Shown one piece after another: positions 37,368-51,281 of a stretch of DNA of 64,000 nt. The DNA lies in NCBI GenBank assembly GCA_963693365.1, contig CAVNZM010000002.1, positions 16,029,615 through 16,093,614 on the forward strand, in the 5' to 3' direction. Origin of the DNA: Amoebidium appalachense (taxonomy: Eukaryota > Protista > Ichthyosporea). Within the stretch, counting starts at the first letter, position 1. Every line of letters begins with the position of its first letter. The translations under genes and the position numbers were made by a program. The notes under the pieces are model-generated. The model was not told the origin of the DNA. It searched no databases and saw nothing but the letters and a program-made list of their open reading frames with translations.

Positions 37368-38012
37368 ATGGCCTGCAAGACAACCGCCGCACTAACCGTT
37401 TCGCTGCTGGCCGCCTGTGTGGCCGGACTGCCCGTGCAGACGTACAACGGCCGCGACGTTGGCGACTGCACGCTGAGCCAGGGCTACACTCTGCGCTACT
37501 TGGACGTGGCGGTGCTGAACCCCGTCACGGCGACCACCGAGACACTGCGTGTGCTGCCGGGCAACGACACGGTCGCCTACGCCACGGTCAATGCCGCACA
37601 CGGCAGCGACGTCTGGGTGACTTATGTCTTTGACCCCGTGGCCTTTGCCCCCGTGGCCGGCGCCAACCCGTTCTGCAGCAATGCCGTCACGTGGCTCGGC
37701 TACCTCAACGGCAACCACACGAACGGCGAGTGCCTCGATGCGCGTGACCTGTACCTGTCGCAGCAGCTGCCCAACGGCACGCAGACGTACTCGGACGACC
37801 GCGACCACCCGCGGGTGGGGGCGTATGTGGAGGGGCTGTTTGTGGCGCACGACAGCAACCGCACGGTGACGGGCTACAAGCTGGCCGTCACGTGGTTCAA
37901 CACCGCCGAATACCCCGGCGCCTGCGGCCCTGCCAGCACCCACGCCACCGCAAACCTGACCCAGTGCATCGTGCCTAACGTCCTGCTGCCCGCCGCAGAT
38001 TCATTGATGTAG
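37368..38012 (+). CDS. Unknown secreted protein, 214 aa (copy B')
   Basis: Intact duplicate of copy B with 5 amino-acid differences. Confidence 0.85.
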   Translation: MACKTTAALTVSLLAACVAGLPVQTYNGRDVGDCTLSQGYTLRYLDVAVLNPVTATTETLRVLPGNDTVAYATVNAAHGSDVWVTYVFDPVAFAPVAGANPFCSNAVTWLGYLNGNHTNGECLDARDLYLSQQLPNGTQTYSDDRDHPRVGAYVEGLFVAHDSNRTVTGYKLAVTWFNTAEYPGACGPASTHATANLTQCIVPNVLLPAADSLM

Positions 38013-38399
38013 CCCATAGCACTATAATAGCTATGTGTATGCCATGGATTAATATATATTGCTATAGACGTATACGAAGACCAAATCACAACAATAAACT
38101 TTGACTGTATTTATATGTTCACACTGAGTGCGCCTGTTATATATCAACCATGTCTGACTTGACTCAGTGTTGCAATTGATCTCTCGTTTCACTGCCATGC
38201 CCCCCTCCCCCCCCTTCCCCCAACCTCAACCCCCAACCCCCACCCTGGGGCCCCATCCCCACGTATACAAGTAGCAACTCCCTAGCCGGTTCCCCACCAC
38301 TGGGTACCCCACCTCCACCCACCCACCCATCCACACACCGTTACACACACACACACACACAAACACACACAAACACACACACACACACACACAGACACA

Positions 38400-38449
<50 letters not shown>

Positions 38450-38741
38450 ATCATTATGACCACGTCATGCATGCAAATGTGTCATCGCCGCCGGCCATCA
38501 AAACATTTACACACAAATAAAAACGAGCACGCACACCCTATAGTATACTACCCCTTACCACCCCCTTTTGCCCCATAGCACTTCGGAATCCACCCCGTCG
38601 GCAGTCTCCACTTTATTTTGCGCTCGAGGTGTGTAGACTTCCTCCCCTCCCCTTCTCGACGCGCAATACAACCCCCCCCCCCCCCCGGCCCCTTCTCCCA
38701 CCCCCCCCCCCCCCCCCCTCCCCCTAACAAAACAACCAACG

Positions 38742-38781
<40 letters not shown>

Positions 38782-39127
38782 AGGTGATTGTCACGGTGTG
38801 TCTAGATCTGTACAGTACGCATGGAATGGATCCATGGAGTGGATATATCGATGAGGTTGGATGATCATGCATATGAGGATGTAGGAGAGTTCAGATATCT
38901 GAGGGGTAGGCTCAGCCTAAAATGTCACAACAAAGTGCGTCACGAGAGCTAAATGAGTGCTAAGTGCTATATATAATCCTTGGAGTCGCGCGGCGGCATG
39001 TGCATTCAGTGGCCAGTCCGCCAGCTGAAAGCAGCTAAAGGAGATCACAGGAGGAGGGAATTTTAAAGGTGATCACGGTAGTACGTCCTCTTCTTCTCCT
39101 TGAATTCTTCTTTTTCTTCTTCCTTTT

Positions 39128-39174
<47 letters not shown>

Positions 39175-39601
39175 CTGGCAATCTTACAGCAGAGCCTTGT
39201 GGAAGCGTTTGCTTCATGTGGGACGGCGGAAAAGGACCAGTTTTACTGTAGGATAAAAATTCTTATTAAAGCCAGCAGGCTCCATATGCATGGCCAGGGC
39301 ACTTGGCAAAATTTCCCCAACGTTATTAATAATCCCCCCACCCCCCCCCCCCCCCCACCCCCCCCTCCCCCCCTCCCCCCCCCCCCACACACAAACCATA
39401 GCACTTAGGGCCTGGCACCACCGGGCCACTACCACCACCTTGGCAACTGCCGGCCACAACGTGCACGTCCGCCGTATGATCATGATATGCACGACGTCGA
39501 CGTCGTTCACCATTCAATTTTCTCTGCCCAATCATACACGTGTACGCACGCTCTTCGACCAAGGCAAGCGCACACGCCTGTCATATCGTTGAGCAGCTGC
39601 G

Positions 39602-39717
<116 letters not shown>

Positions 39718-39746
39718 GGTTTACGCTGTTTACTCGAGGCAAAGAG

Positions 39747-39937
<191 letters not shown>

Positions 39938-42027
39938 TTGAGGTCATGCCCAGGGCTGTGCTGCCAGGTGCACTGGCAGTGGCCGGCACGCGCCAATAAC
40001 GGGCAAAAGCCATCCGATTGGCGCATTAGCTTACAACTTGCGCAAGCCCACATTCCAGAGGAGGTGGGTAACGTAACGTGTGGTGCTGAGGTATTTGGCA
40101 GGCATGATGATTTTTCATCCCTGTGCCGTGTGTCTGTGCGTATACGCATGTGTGCGTTTGTGTGTCACAAGTAGGCTACTGCCTGTGCACAAGGGATATT
40201 ATAGTCACTGTTTTTTTTTATTTTTAAAAAAAGCTATACACACGTCGCGCAGGGACCAATGCGTGGTGACTGTAAAACCTTTTTGTAGTTGCACTCACTT
40301 TAACGCCTCCTTTTGTCACACTGAATGGGCAAGGGAGAGAGGGTTAGCAGAATAAATGCTTCCAGTTCAATTAAACATAGCAGCCTGGTTATATAGAAAC
40401 ACACTCTTTCTACGCTTCCAGTTCAATTAAACATTGGAGCCTGGTTATATAGCTGGCTTTTGTGCAAAGTCCTTCAACAGCGCAACAAAATCACCAGTAG
40501 AAAAGGTTGCAGCTAGATTTATTTTGCTCTTCCCCATTGGGAGGGGGTCGAGCAAGCAGAGGACTATCTCTAAGTACCGTCGGTGTGCGCACGACGGAGC
40601 TGGCGTCCCGGTTAAGGCTTTTCCACTCTGGTGGCGGAGAGTTAACGTTATTCTAATTCTCAGCCCGAGTTAGCTGCCTTTCCCCTACTTCGCCTGAGCG
40701 GACTCCCGTTACATGTTCTAATCACACACCACCAAAGGCAACAACATAGTGAGACAGTTTTTCATAACGAGAGCCCTTGGTGCTCGTTGCGCTGTGCACG
40801 GAGGGAGGTCCAGAAATTCTCCTAAGCTTCGTCTTGACACCAACACAGCCGACCTGGAAGCATGTTTCCGCAATAAACTCACTGGTAAGCATCCCCGGAC
40901 TTGTGTTTGACTGCATACCCCGTTGTTTCCGATATCCACTGCTGCGTTTCAACCTCTTTCGCGAAGACATCATTAACAAGATGCTGCTCAACTCACTGTC
41001 GTTTTCCTCGTGTGTACGCTTTATGACCTTTGAAAAAGTCTATGCCAAACTGAAAAAGTCTATGCCAACTGCCCCCCCCCCCCCCCCCCCCTCCCCCCAG
41101 GCCCCTGTCCCTCCCTTCCCCCGTCAGCTCACCACCAACTTCCCCTTATCCTCCCCTCCCCCCCCCCCCCCCCCCCCCCCCCTCCCCCCCAGGCCCCTGT
41201 CCCTCCCTTCCCCCGTCAGCTCACCACCAACTTCCCCTTATCCTCCCTCCCTCCCCCCCCCCCCCCCCCCCCCTCCCCCCCGTTCTTATATCTGTCCCCC
41301 CCGGCCCCTCCCCCCTCCGCTCCCTGCCCGCTCTCGTTTTTCTTTCGCTCCCCACCACACCTTCTTTCTTTCCTGCCCAGCAGACCTCCAGCACATGAAC
41401 GCACGGGGGCCACCCGTGCCCGCACTCATTTCCCAGACATATGCATAAGTGGAATTGTGCAAACGTGTACGCGCCACATAAATTTTTTAGGCGCCTTTAT
41501 GTTGTTCATGGTCGCACTAGGCTGCTAGGCTATGGTTCTACTCACGTTTGATCAAAGTTTTGTGTGAGTGCACACACACACACAGACCTACAGTCACGTG
41601 CGCGCGCACACACACACACACACGCACAACACTGTCGCACCACACACAAGCAAACATTGAAACCTATATTGCGTCTGCTGTTTGTCCGTGTGTGGACTTT
41701 CTAAATCTCTTCGCAAGATTATTAAGTCTCTGTTTGACACATGCGGGGCCTCTGGTTTAAGTCATTCTGACAGTCCCCCCCCCCCCCCCCCCCCCCTCCC
41801 CCAACACACACACGTCTTTCCCCTTTCTTCGTGATTGCCCCCCCCCCCTTTTCCTTTCTTTGGTTGCTGCTCCGTCCCATGCTCCCATCCATGTAGCAGC
41901 ATAAAGGGGTTGCATGACAAAGTAAACAAAGAGGCGTAAGAGATAAGATCTGTTTGTGTCTGCCTAGTTCAGTGATATGCTTTTTGCGTGCTTGGGTTTA
42001 TCCCTCCCTCTCCCCTTCCCCCTTCCC

Positions 42028-42700
42028 CAGTTGATGCTGCTGTCTGAGTTGGAGCGTCGTTTATACGCGGGCTAAGGGGTCGAAACTCAGACGCAATTGA
42101 TGACTTGGGTCCTCCCTGAGGATGGGCTCTGCTTATGACGCATACTGTGCACATGGCTGATGTTGCATACTTGAATGTTTGCCTTTGCATGTGTCCTGCA
42201 CCATGCTTCTCGTCGTGTATGCGTACTTCGTACCGTGTTCCGCATTCAAACCCCCCCAGTCTTCTTTCAGAGGTGTCCTTTCAGGACAACACACTGTGTG
42301 GAGACCGCTTTACTTCCATGCAACCGGGCATGGTTGCTCTGTGTCGTGCATCTGTAAGCACATAAGCATTTTTCGCTGCACTGCTTTAGTTTGCACACAC
42401 ATCTTCACCGTTTTGCTCACCTTGCTTGCATAAGCAACCCTGCTCGTCTTTGATCAAGACGGGTTGACCCGCCCAAGTTCAGTTGATGCTGCTGTCTGAA
42501 TTGGAGCGTCGTATATACGCGGGCTAAGGGGTCGAAACTCAGACGCAATTGATGACTTGGGTCCTCCCTGAGGATGGGCTCTGCTTATGACGCATACTGT
42601 GCACATGGCTGATGTTGCATACTTGAATGTTTGCCTTTGCATGTGTCCTGCAGCATGCTTCTCGTCGTGTATGCGTACTTCGTACCGTGTTCCGCATTCA

Positions 42701-42751
<51 letters not shown>

Positions 42752-43006
42752 TTTCCCACTGCCCTTGCCTGCATAAGCAACCCTGCTCGTCTCTGATCAA
42801 GACGGGTGACCTACCCATGTTCACGTGAACCAGTATCTGAGTTGGGTTTCGTTAACGAGGTGAATAGGTCGAAACTCGGGTACTGTGGTTGACGTGGGCC
42901 CCCCCTGAGGATGGGCTCTGCTTATCATACTCTTTATGTATGGCTTGCATTCTGCATCGTGTTATCCGTTTGTTCTTGTGTACTTCGTACTTTTTGACGC
43001 ATCCAA
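42028..43006 (+). mobile_element. Head-to-tail cluster B(42028-42250)-B(~42258-42702)-A(42751-43006)
   Basis: Three element copies in the same orientation, each followed by a C run. Confidence 0.87.
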
Positions 43007-43266
43007 CCCCCCCCCCCCCGCCTCCCCCCCTCCCGGCCTCCCCTTTGACACACACACACACCCAACCACCCACCCACCCACCCACACACACACCCTTTCT
43101 TGGGAATGGCCTCTGCTTGTGCTGCGTTTTCCTCGTGTGTTCCTTTTTGCTTATCATGATGTATCTTGCACGGTGGTTTTGGTGTTTATTTTGTACTTTG
43201 TGATGTGTAACATATCCCCCCGCTTCTCCTCCCCTCCTTTCCCCCTGCCTTCCTTCCCCCATCCCG

Positions 43267-43303
<37 letters not shown>

Positions 43304-43880
43304 ATATGTCCAACCGCACAATTATGTGTGTGGACATCCGCCCAACCATACTCATATTGGGGGGAGGGGGAGGCTGGAGGGGGAGGGGGTAACCATATGG
43401 TTGTGTGTGTGTCTGTTTGTGATGGTGGTGGTGGTGGTGGTTGGAGGGGGGAGGGGGGTGGATGGGGGGGGGGGGGGGGGAGGGGGGGGGGAGGGAAGAG
43501 ACACATGCATGACTGCACACATGTATACATATCCCCAACCCCATATCCATACTCACACTCACATGCGCACCCAGATCCAGACACACCGACCCATACACCC
43601 ATTCACAAACCCGTGCCTACCAACACCCACCCTTCCACATCAACAACCACATAAACACCCACACACAAACACACACACACAGACGCACGAGCACGCACAC
43701 ACACACAAGGACCCCCTCCCCCCCCCCCCCCCCCACACACACACCACAGACACACGGCATACACATCCACCCACCTGCGCACACAAACACGCCCACCCAC
43801 CCACCTACACCCACCCACCACACCACATGTGCCTCTCGTTCTGCCAGATACCCTGCTATATCGTCCTGTTTTTGTTAAAG

Positions 43881-43916
<36 letters not shown>

Positions 43917-44160
43917 TGCGCCCTCCCACCCTTTGCAGCCAACCTCGTCCGCATTCCTTACGTGACGGTTGGGGTACCCCACATGTCCGTACTTTGTGGT
44001 CAGTAGATTCGTTCATGGCTACCTCACTTTATTCTGTTACGTGTTTTCAAAAAAATAATAATCTGGACTGCCAAGGAGAACGAAGCATGTTGCATGACAA
44101 GATTATCTACATCCACGGCATAGTGTTTTTAATCACTTTGTTTCCACCAATGGCATGCAG

Positions 44161-44322
44161 ATTTTAGCCGGGCACTACGCATTAAACGGCTCGATGGACG
44201 ACTGGCTGGACTCGTGGGACGGCCCGGAGACGGCCGACTCGGACAATAAAAAGGTCGAATTCGATGAAAAGGTATTGAACCCCCTCCCCATGCCCCCCTG
44301 CCTCTCCCCCCCTCTTCCCCTC

Positions 44323-44367
<45 letters not shown>

Positions 44368-44692
44368 TACACACCCATTTAAACCCTCCCCTCTCCCCAG
44401 CAGGAGTAGAAACGTTGGCCAGGATTTAATCTTCGCCTCCTGATTTCCTATCTATATATTTTTGTTGCTTGCTGCAGCAGCTTTAACCCGCTGCTCGACC
44501 CATTGTCCCTGCCTGTGACGTCTGCCTGTGTGAGTAAACCTCTGCATCTGATCAAAACGGGTACCACCCACTTGTTGAAGTAAAGCACGTTCTAAGCTGG
44601 TGTTCACATGCAAGGCTGGGAACTCTGGTGTTGTGGTTGACTTGGGCCCAATTGAGGGTGTGCCCTACTTTTATTCCTCTCTCACTCTGTGC

Positions 44693-44745
<53 letters not shown>

Positions 44746-44832
44746 TTCCCCTCCCCTCTCCCCCTTGTGTGCAAAATCGGCATTGAGTTGTCCGAAGTGA
44801 ATGTGTACGATCTACTCTGTAACGCTTGCTAA

Positions 44833-44872
<40 letters not shown>

Positions 44873-45164
44873 ACCCAAAAAAAAATAAAATTCACAGAGT
44901 TACAATGAGGCACAGGAGATAACGATATGCCCACGCCTATGGATAGGTGGCTTGGGGTAAAACCCCCTCTTCCCCCCCCCCCCTCCCCTCCCCTCCGCCT
45001 TCTGCACCAATCTATCATAATAAGATTTTATGTTCATGCTCATGATGGCCAACCTCATGGGGTCACTACAAAGTTTCCAACCCCCTCCTCCCCCTGTCCC
45101 TCGCTAGGGCTATACTTAACTATGGCAAAACACACACACAAGCATGAACTGAGGCTCGATACAT

Positions 45165-45225
<61 letters not shown>

Positions 45226-45254
45226 GGAGAGAGAGAGGGGGAGACACACACACT

Positions 45255-45285
<31 letters not shown>

Positions 45286-45289
45286 ACCC

Positions 45290-45332
<43 letters not shown>

Positions 45333-45508
45333 CCCCCCCCCCCCATCCGTCACTCCCTACACACACACACATACACACACACACACTCTCTCTCTCCGTC
45401 CCTCCCTCCCCCCTCTCCCTCTCTCTCTCTCTCTCTCTCCGTCCCTCCCTCCCTCCCTCTCTCTCTCTCTCTCTCCCCCCCCCCCCCCCTCCCCCCCCCC
45501 CTCCTCCC

Positions 45509-45554
<46 letters not shown>

Positions 45555-45952
45555 CCCCTCCCTCCCTCCCTCCCATCTTTTCCTCCCCCCCCCCCCCAGG
45601 TATCGACGGGGGAGCTTCCTAGAAGCCCCGTCTCCTGAGTTCCTATCTATATTTTTCTTGCTTCTGCTTACTGCTGCAACTTTAACCCCCGGCCTTTCCC
45701 ACTGCCCTTGCCTGCATAAGCAACCCTGCTCGTCTCTGATCAAGACGGGTGACCTACTCATGTTCAAGTGAAACAGTATCTGAGTTGGGTTTCGTTAACG
45801 AGGGGAATAGGTCGAAACTCGGGTACTGTGGATGACGTGGGCCCCCCCTGAGGATGGGCTCTGCTTATTATGCATACTCTTTATGTATGGCTTGCATTCT
45901 GCATCGTGTTATCCGTTTGTTCTTGTGTACTTCGTACTTTTTGACGCATTCA

Positions 45953-45991
<39 letters not shown>

Positions 45992-46085
45992 ACAAAAAAA
46001 AAAAAAAAGAAAGAAAAAAAGATGCCTACTCATGCACCCAACCACACGCATGTTCGTGGGTGTGCGCACAAGCACGCATACACAA

Positions 46086-46157
<72 letters not shown>

Positions 46158-46396
46158 ACACACACACTCACACACTCACACGCTCACACGCTACGGACAC
46201 GTGTTTGCTTATGAGCACTTGGGTTGCAAACACAATTTTTTTCTCGTGATGCCCCTTCTAGCCACAATCATCTGTGATTGTAGGTTGTCAACCTCGTTCT
46301 CCCTCATGCCCCCTTTCCCCTTTCCGTATTTTCATATCATACTATATTCATCTCTTTCTACGTCGTGTCTCTGTACTCCCGTGCCGTGCAGTGTTC

Positions 46397-46438
<42 letters not shown>

Positions 46439-47462
46439 CCTTTTTGTGTGTCCACCCCTTCTTTCTCTTTCTCCACTCCACCATCTTATTGAACTTTGGG
46501 AATTGCTTCCGATGCTGCATCACTATGTCCAATACATTACCATTCAGTTGTTGCAGGGTGTCTAGTCATAGCAATGATTTCACCATAAATTGTAGTCTTT
46601 AATGCGTTCTAATTTGGTGACGTGTTGTGGGGTGGCCAGGGCTGCGCAAGACCGCAACTGGCTGCTGAGCCACAACATCACCCACGTACTGGTGACGGGC
46701 GCCATGCTGACACAGTACTTCCCTGGGGTATAAATCCCCCCCCCCCCCCCCCCCCCCCCTCTCGGAGAGTCGTATGTACGCGGGCTTGTGACCGAAATTC
46801 AGACGCAATTGATGACTTGGGCCCGCCCTAAGGATGAGCTCTGCTTATGACGCATACTGTGCGCATTGCTGATGTTGCGTACTTGAATGTTTTCCTTTGC
46901 ATGTGTCCTGCACCATGCTTCTCATCGTGTATGTGTACTTCGTACTATATTCCGCATTCAGCTCCCGTCTCAGAAATCCCACCCCACTCCTTGCCACACA
47001 CCCGCACATTATACATGAATGCTGCTGTGAAAGCGGTGATTTGAACAGAGATATTTTGGGGATTGTGCCTTTTGGGGCCCGTTTTTTTTTTTTTTTTTTT
47101 TTTGAGGGGGGCGGGAAGGGGGCGCGGGGCGGGGGGGGGGGGGTTAGGAAGAGGAGGAAGGAGGGAGGAGAGAATGGAGAGGGGAGGGGTACAGAAGTCC
47201 TGAATGTTGGAATAGACGTGTCTATATGGCCGTGTGCAAAGAGAGCAAGAACTGGAAGGGAGAGGAATCGAGAGGATTGATTGGGAGCATGTCGAGCAAG
47301 TGGATGAAGGCGAGAGCGCGAGGGGGATGGAAGGGTGGAAGGATGGAAGGGCTTGGCATTATAGGTGGGTGCTTGAGGGGAAGTTTGGGAGCTGAAAGTG
47401 CCAGGGAAGGTGGTAAGGAGAGTTGAGATTGTCATGGAGGGTTTGGAAAGGAGAGAGAATGG

Positions 47463-47554
<92 letters not shown>

Positions 47555-48248
47555 TGGTGGTGGTGTTATGGGGGGGGGGGGGGGGGGGGGGATGAGGAAA
47601 AGTAAATTGATGGTTGGTTTAAAGATATTGAGGTACATAGGTGTAGAGGTATGAGGCAAGGTTTGCAGTGAAGGTTATGCTTTTTGACGACGTTTTTGGC
47701 AACAAGCCAGCTTTTAAAGCCATAAAGCTGATAAGATTATGGGGACTACCAGACCAATACAGACACCAAACCCACTTCGTGTTTCTTACCCTGCTCCACT
47801 TGACCCCCAGAGTAACCATCTACACAGTATATCCATGCAGTTATATCCGTGCAATATCTGTTTGGCTTATACTGATTGCACACGATCATATACGCAGGAG
47901 TTTGAGTACAAGTGCATAGCGTGCCTAGACACGGCACAGCAAGACGTATTGAGCTACTTCCCAGAGAGCATCGAGTTTATCCATCGGGGTAGACAGTCTG
48001 GTGGGGTGCTAGTGCACTGCCAGTTTGGGGTGTCAAGAAGTGCGGCATTTTGTATGGCCTATGTCATGCACGACCAAAAGGTAGTGCTTAGGTGCATTGG
48101 CTCTTGTTATCTGCTTTATACGTAAAGGAGATATGTGTGTGTGCGTGTATGTGTGTCTGTGTGGGTGAGCGGGTGGGTGTTTGGTGGTGTGTGGGTGGGT
48201 GGATTGATGGGTCGTGTGTGTTTGTGTGTGTGTTTTTTTTTTTTTTTT

Positions 48249-48279
<31 letters not shown>

Positions 48280-48837
48280 GGGGGAGTTTGTCTGACCTAG
48301 AAAAAATACAGTTGCTCTAGGTGTACATCCCAGGATCTTACCCAACCACCACGCTTGTTTTTACACAGGGCAAATCTAAAACATGGAGCAGTGCGAGATA
48401 GACGACATAGGGGGGGGGGGGGGGGGGGGGGGGGGAGGGGGGGGGAGGGGGGGGGGGGGGGGGGAGGGGCAGGAGCAAGGGCTTGCAGAATCGGGACTAG
48501 GGGAGGCACAACATGTGTGTACATATACATTTTATTTTTTGGTAAGTGTCTAAGTGAATGTCTATGTGCGCGCCTCGGTAGGTTTTTGTCATTTGTTCTT
48601 AGTGTTGTGTTAGGTTTGGCAATGCCTCACAGAAGGCAACAACACAAAGACACAATGCCCTGGGCCTTCGGCCCCTCCCCCCCCCCCTCCCTCCCCTCCC
48701 CGCCCCTCTCTCCCTGCCCCCGACACACACACACACACGCACACACACACGCACACGTACAAGCACGGGCATAGGCACAGGCACAGGTACCGGCACACAC
48801 ATGCAAACACACACGCACACAGAAACACACACACACT

Positions 48838-48924
<87 letters not shown>

Positions 48925-49120
48925 CCAACACACACACACGCACACGCACGAGCACACCACACTCAATAGCTCAGACCATAAAGGAGATTTGGGAGACTAT
49001 GAAGGAAAATGGGCGGAACCTAGGTGTGTTTGTTAGCGGCCCACAAATTCTTTGTGGTTTATGACGTCATTTTTTGTCATGCACAGTGTTTCCTTTTTAA
49101 TCGTTGTGCTTATACCGAAA

Positions 49121-49181
<61 letters not shown>

Positions 49182-49619
49182 CGGGGGGCCCGCCTGGCCC
49201 TTGTGCACCCACTGTCCACTGTACGTCTGAACAGGGGAACAGGGATACACTTCATGCACACATACAAGCCCTCGATATGTGTAGTGGTAGAGATATAGGA
49301 GTGTGTAACCATTTGCACGTCTGCCAATTCTCCCTCTCTCGTATCAGCACAAACACACACACACACATCCACACGATAACACCCTCCCCTGTCCCCTATA
49401 ATGTCATCAACGTTGCAGTTGTTCCCGTTTCTAACCTCTCCCTATTTTCCCGCACAGGTAACGTTTGAAAAGGCCTTCGATTATGTGCACATTGCGCGGC
49501 CGTTTGTTGATCCAAACACAGGGTTCATAACGCAGTTGAAACTGTTTGAGCAGATGGGCCGGAAGGTCGATCCCAAGGATGAACGCTACAAAAAGTTCCG
49601 CAAGAAGACACTGATGTAG
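44161..49619 (+). CDS. Atypical dual-specificity protein phosphatase (DUSP12/YVH1-like catalytic domain)
   Basis: Exons 44161-44271, 44898-44956 ([14 protein letters not shown]), 46640-46727 (NITHVL), 47898-48080 ([14 protein letters not shown], HCx5R) and 49458-49619 ([16 protein letters not shown]) join in phase. The start codon is uncertain. Confidence 0.9.
44436..44670 (+). mobile_element. Diverged relative of family A
   Basis: Shares CTCCTGA..TTCCTATCTATAT..CTTTAACCC, CTGATCAA..ACGGGT and GTGGTTGACTTGGGCCC with families A/B. Confidence 0.6.
45598..45954 (+). mobile_element. Family A element
   Basis: Poly-C on both sides; matches 6527-6883. Confidence 0.88.
46762..46959 (+). mobile_element. 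Diverged family B element, 5'-truncated
   Basis: Aligns to ~2615-2814 with substitutions; preceded by poly-C. Confidence 0.8.
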
Positions 49620-51281
49620 AACTTACATGTATTCAACACTCCCCCCCCCCCCCCCCCCCCCCCCACGCACACACACACCTCTCCCTACCCCCCCCTCTCT
49701 TCCAATCCCCATTCTCGCCTCACCTTCCTTGTTTCCGGTCCTTTGTTGTGCTGATTGTGGGGCCAGAGGTGGGTGTAAGTACTTGTCTTCTGGTGTAGTT
49801 TGTGTGGCTGTGAGTGTTATCTTAGATCTCGCCTGTCACCGCTTGTGGTGTGTGAAGTTAGCTAGAAAAAGAACGAATAGGTTTTTATAGTGTCATCACA
49901 GAGACGCAGATTAAGCAAAGACCATGATGGGTATCAGTTAGATATTAAAAAGCAGGAATTTTGCGTTTTTGTGTTCGAGCTAAACTGAATATGTTTGCTC
50001 GGTTGTATGGGTTTAAGATTGGTGATGATAGGTTACATGGTGACAAGCTGGATATATATGCAGAAAATAATTATAGAAACTTTGATATGCACGGCGTAGA
50101 TATGCATGCACAGGCTGACTCAGAACCGATCAGTATGGGCGCACACTAAGTTTGAGAACATATGTTGCCTGAAAAACTGTTCTGTCTTTGAATGTCGGTT
50201 TACTGGCGCTTGTTGTAATGTCCTAGGTGATGTAGTGGGTTTCTCCTCTGAAATTATTCCAGATTCGTTTATGTCATTGGTCAGGTGAAAAAGAGTACGC
50301 TTTGCTCTTTACAGTGTGGTATTTGACATTTTTCGAAGAAGCTTTCTGTGCACACAATATGTGGCGTGATGGATGGGTTGGGTTTGCCGGGGTGCTGGGA
50401 GTTAGTTGCCAATAATGCAATTCTAACGTTGAGAGCAGCAAACATATATCAAAGACGTGCATATTCAGTGACGTAGATTCACAAAATGCACAGAGTCTTG
50501 GTTATTTCGTCATAATAAAATTTGCAATGCCAAGTGTGTAAGTTTTCACAGCCGTTGATCAGGTCTGTCACAGCACAGCAGTCACGTGCACAGCAGAACC
50601 GCAAGCAGACCAACCCCCCCCCCCCCTCCCCCCCCTCCTCCCGTGGGGACACACATGTATTGAGATGTACACACATGCCCACACGCACACAGACCAAGAG
50701 TACCCACACACCCACTTCAGATTGTGAATCGGATATTAATGCAACACAAATTTGCATTATGCACGGCAGAATAAAAGTAGGATCCTTCAGGGTGTCTAGA
50801 TCTCGTTTATAATAATATGCGTGTTAACGTCGTTGGCCATGCGCATGCGCATGCGTGGCCTGTCAAGGAAGTAACCCCTTTGTAATTTAGTACCTTTAGT
50901 TTGGTAGTGGGCGGACCACACCACCGAGACAGTCACTATCGCAGTTTATTCAGTGGCACGTCTTATAATACCGTGTATTTATTTACTCATGCAGTATGTA
51001 GGTGAATGCATAGGCATCATGATAGCCTCTTATTTATAATTACCCCCCCCCCCCCCCCCCCCCCCCCCGCCCTCCCCTCCTTACGTATACCTCTCACCCC
51101 CCACCCTTCCTCCTTCCTCCCCTCCCGTCCTGGTTCCCGCCGACCAGCTGCGCAGACCCGCTAAAACATCATATCGTTCAACGGCACAAGTACACGTACC
51201 GTACGCTTGAACTAAACATGATATCAAGTTTGGATATCTATTACTAAGAATCTAAACTCGGCGCGATGTTAGCTACACCAT

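Larger units (their letters stand above)
30387..38775. repeat. ~8.4-kb direct segmental duplication of ~20030-28680
   Basis: Colinear near-identical sequence from GTGTTTGCTTTTGCTGATGTG to CAACGTTCACACAC; starts in a (GT)n run and ends in a (CA)n run. Confidence 0.93.

Noticed and set aside
50840-50855. NRF1-like TGCGCATGCGCA motif
   Set aside because: No nearby gene start, and alternating purine-pyrimidine runs are common in this window.
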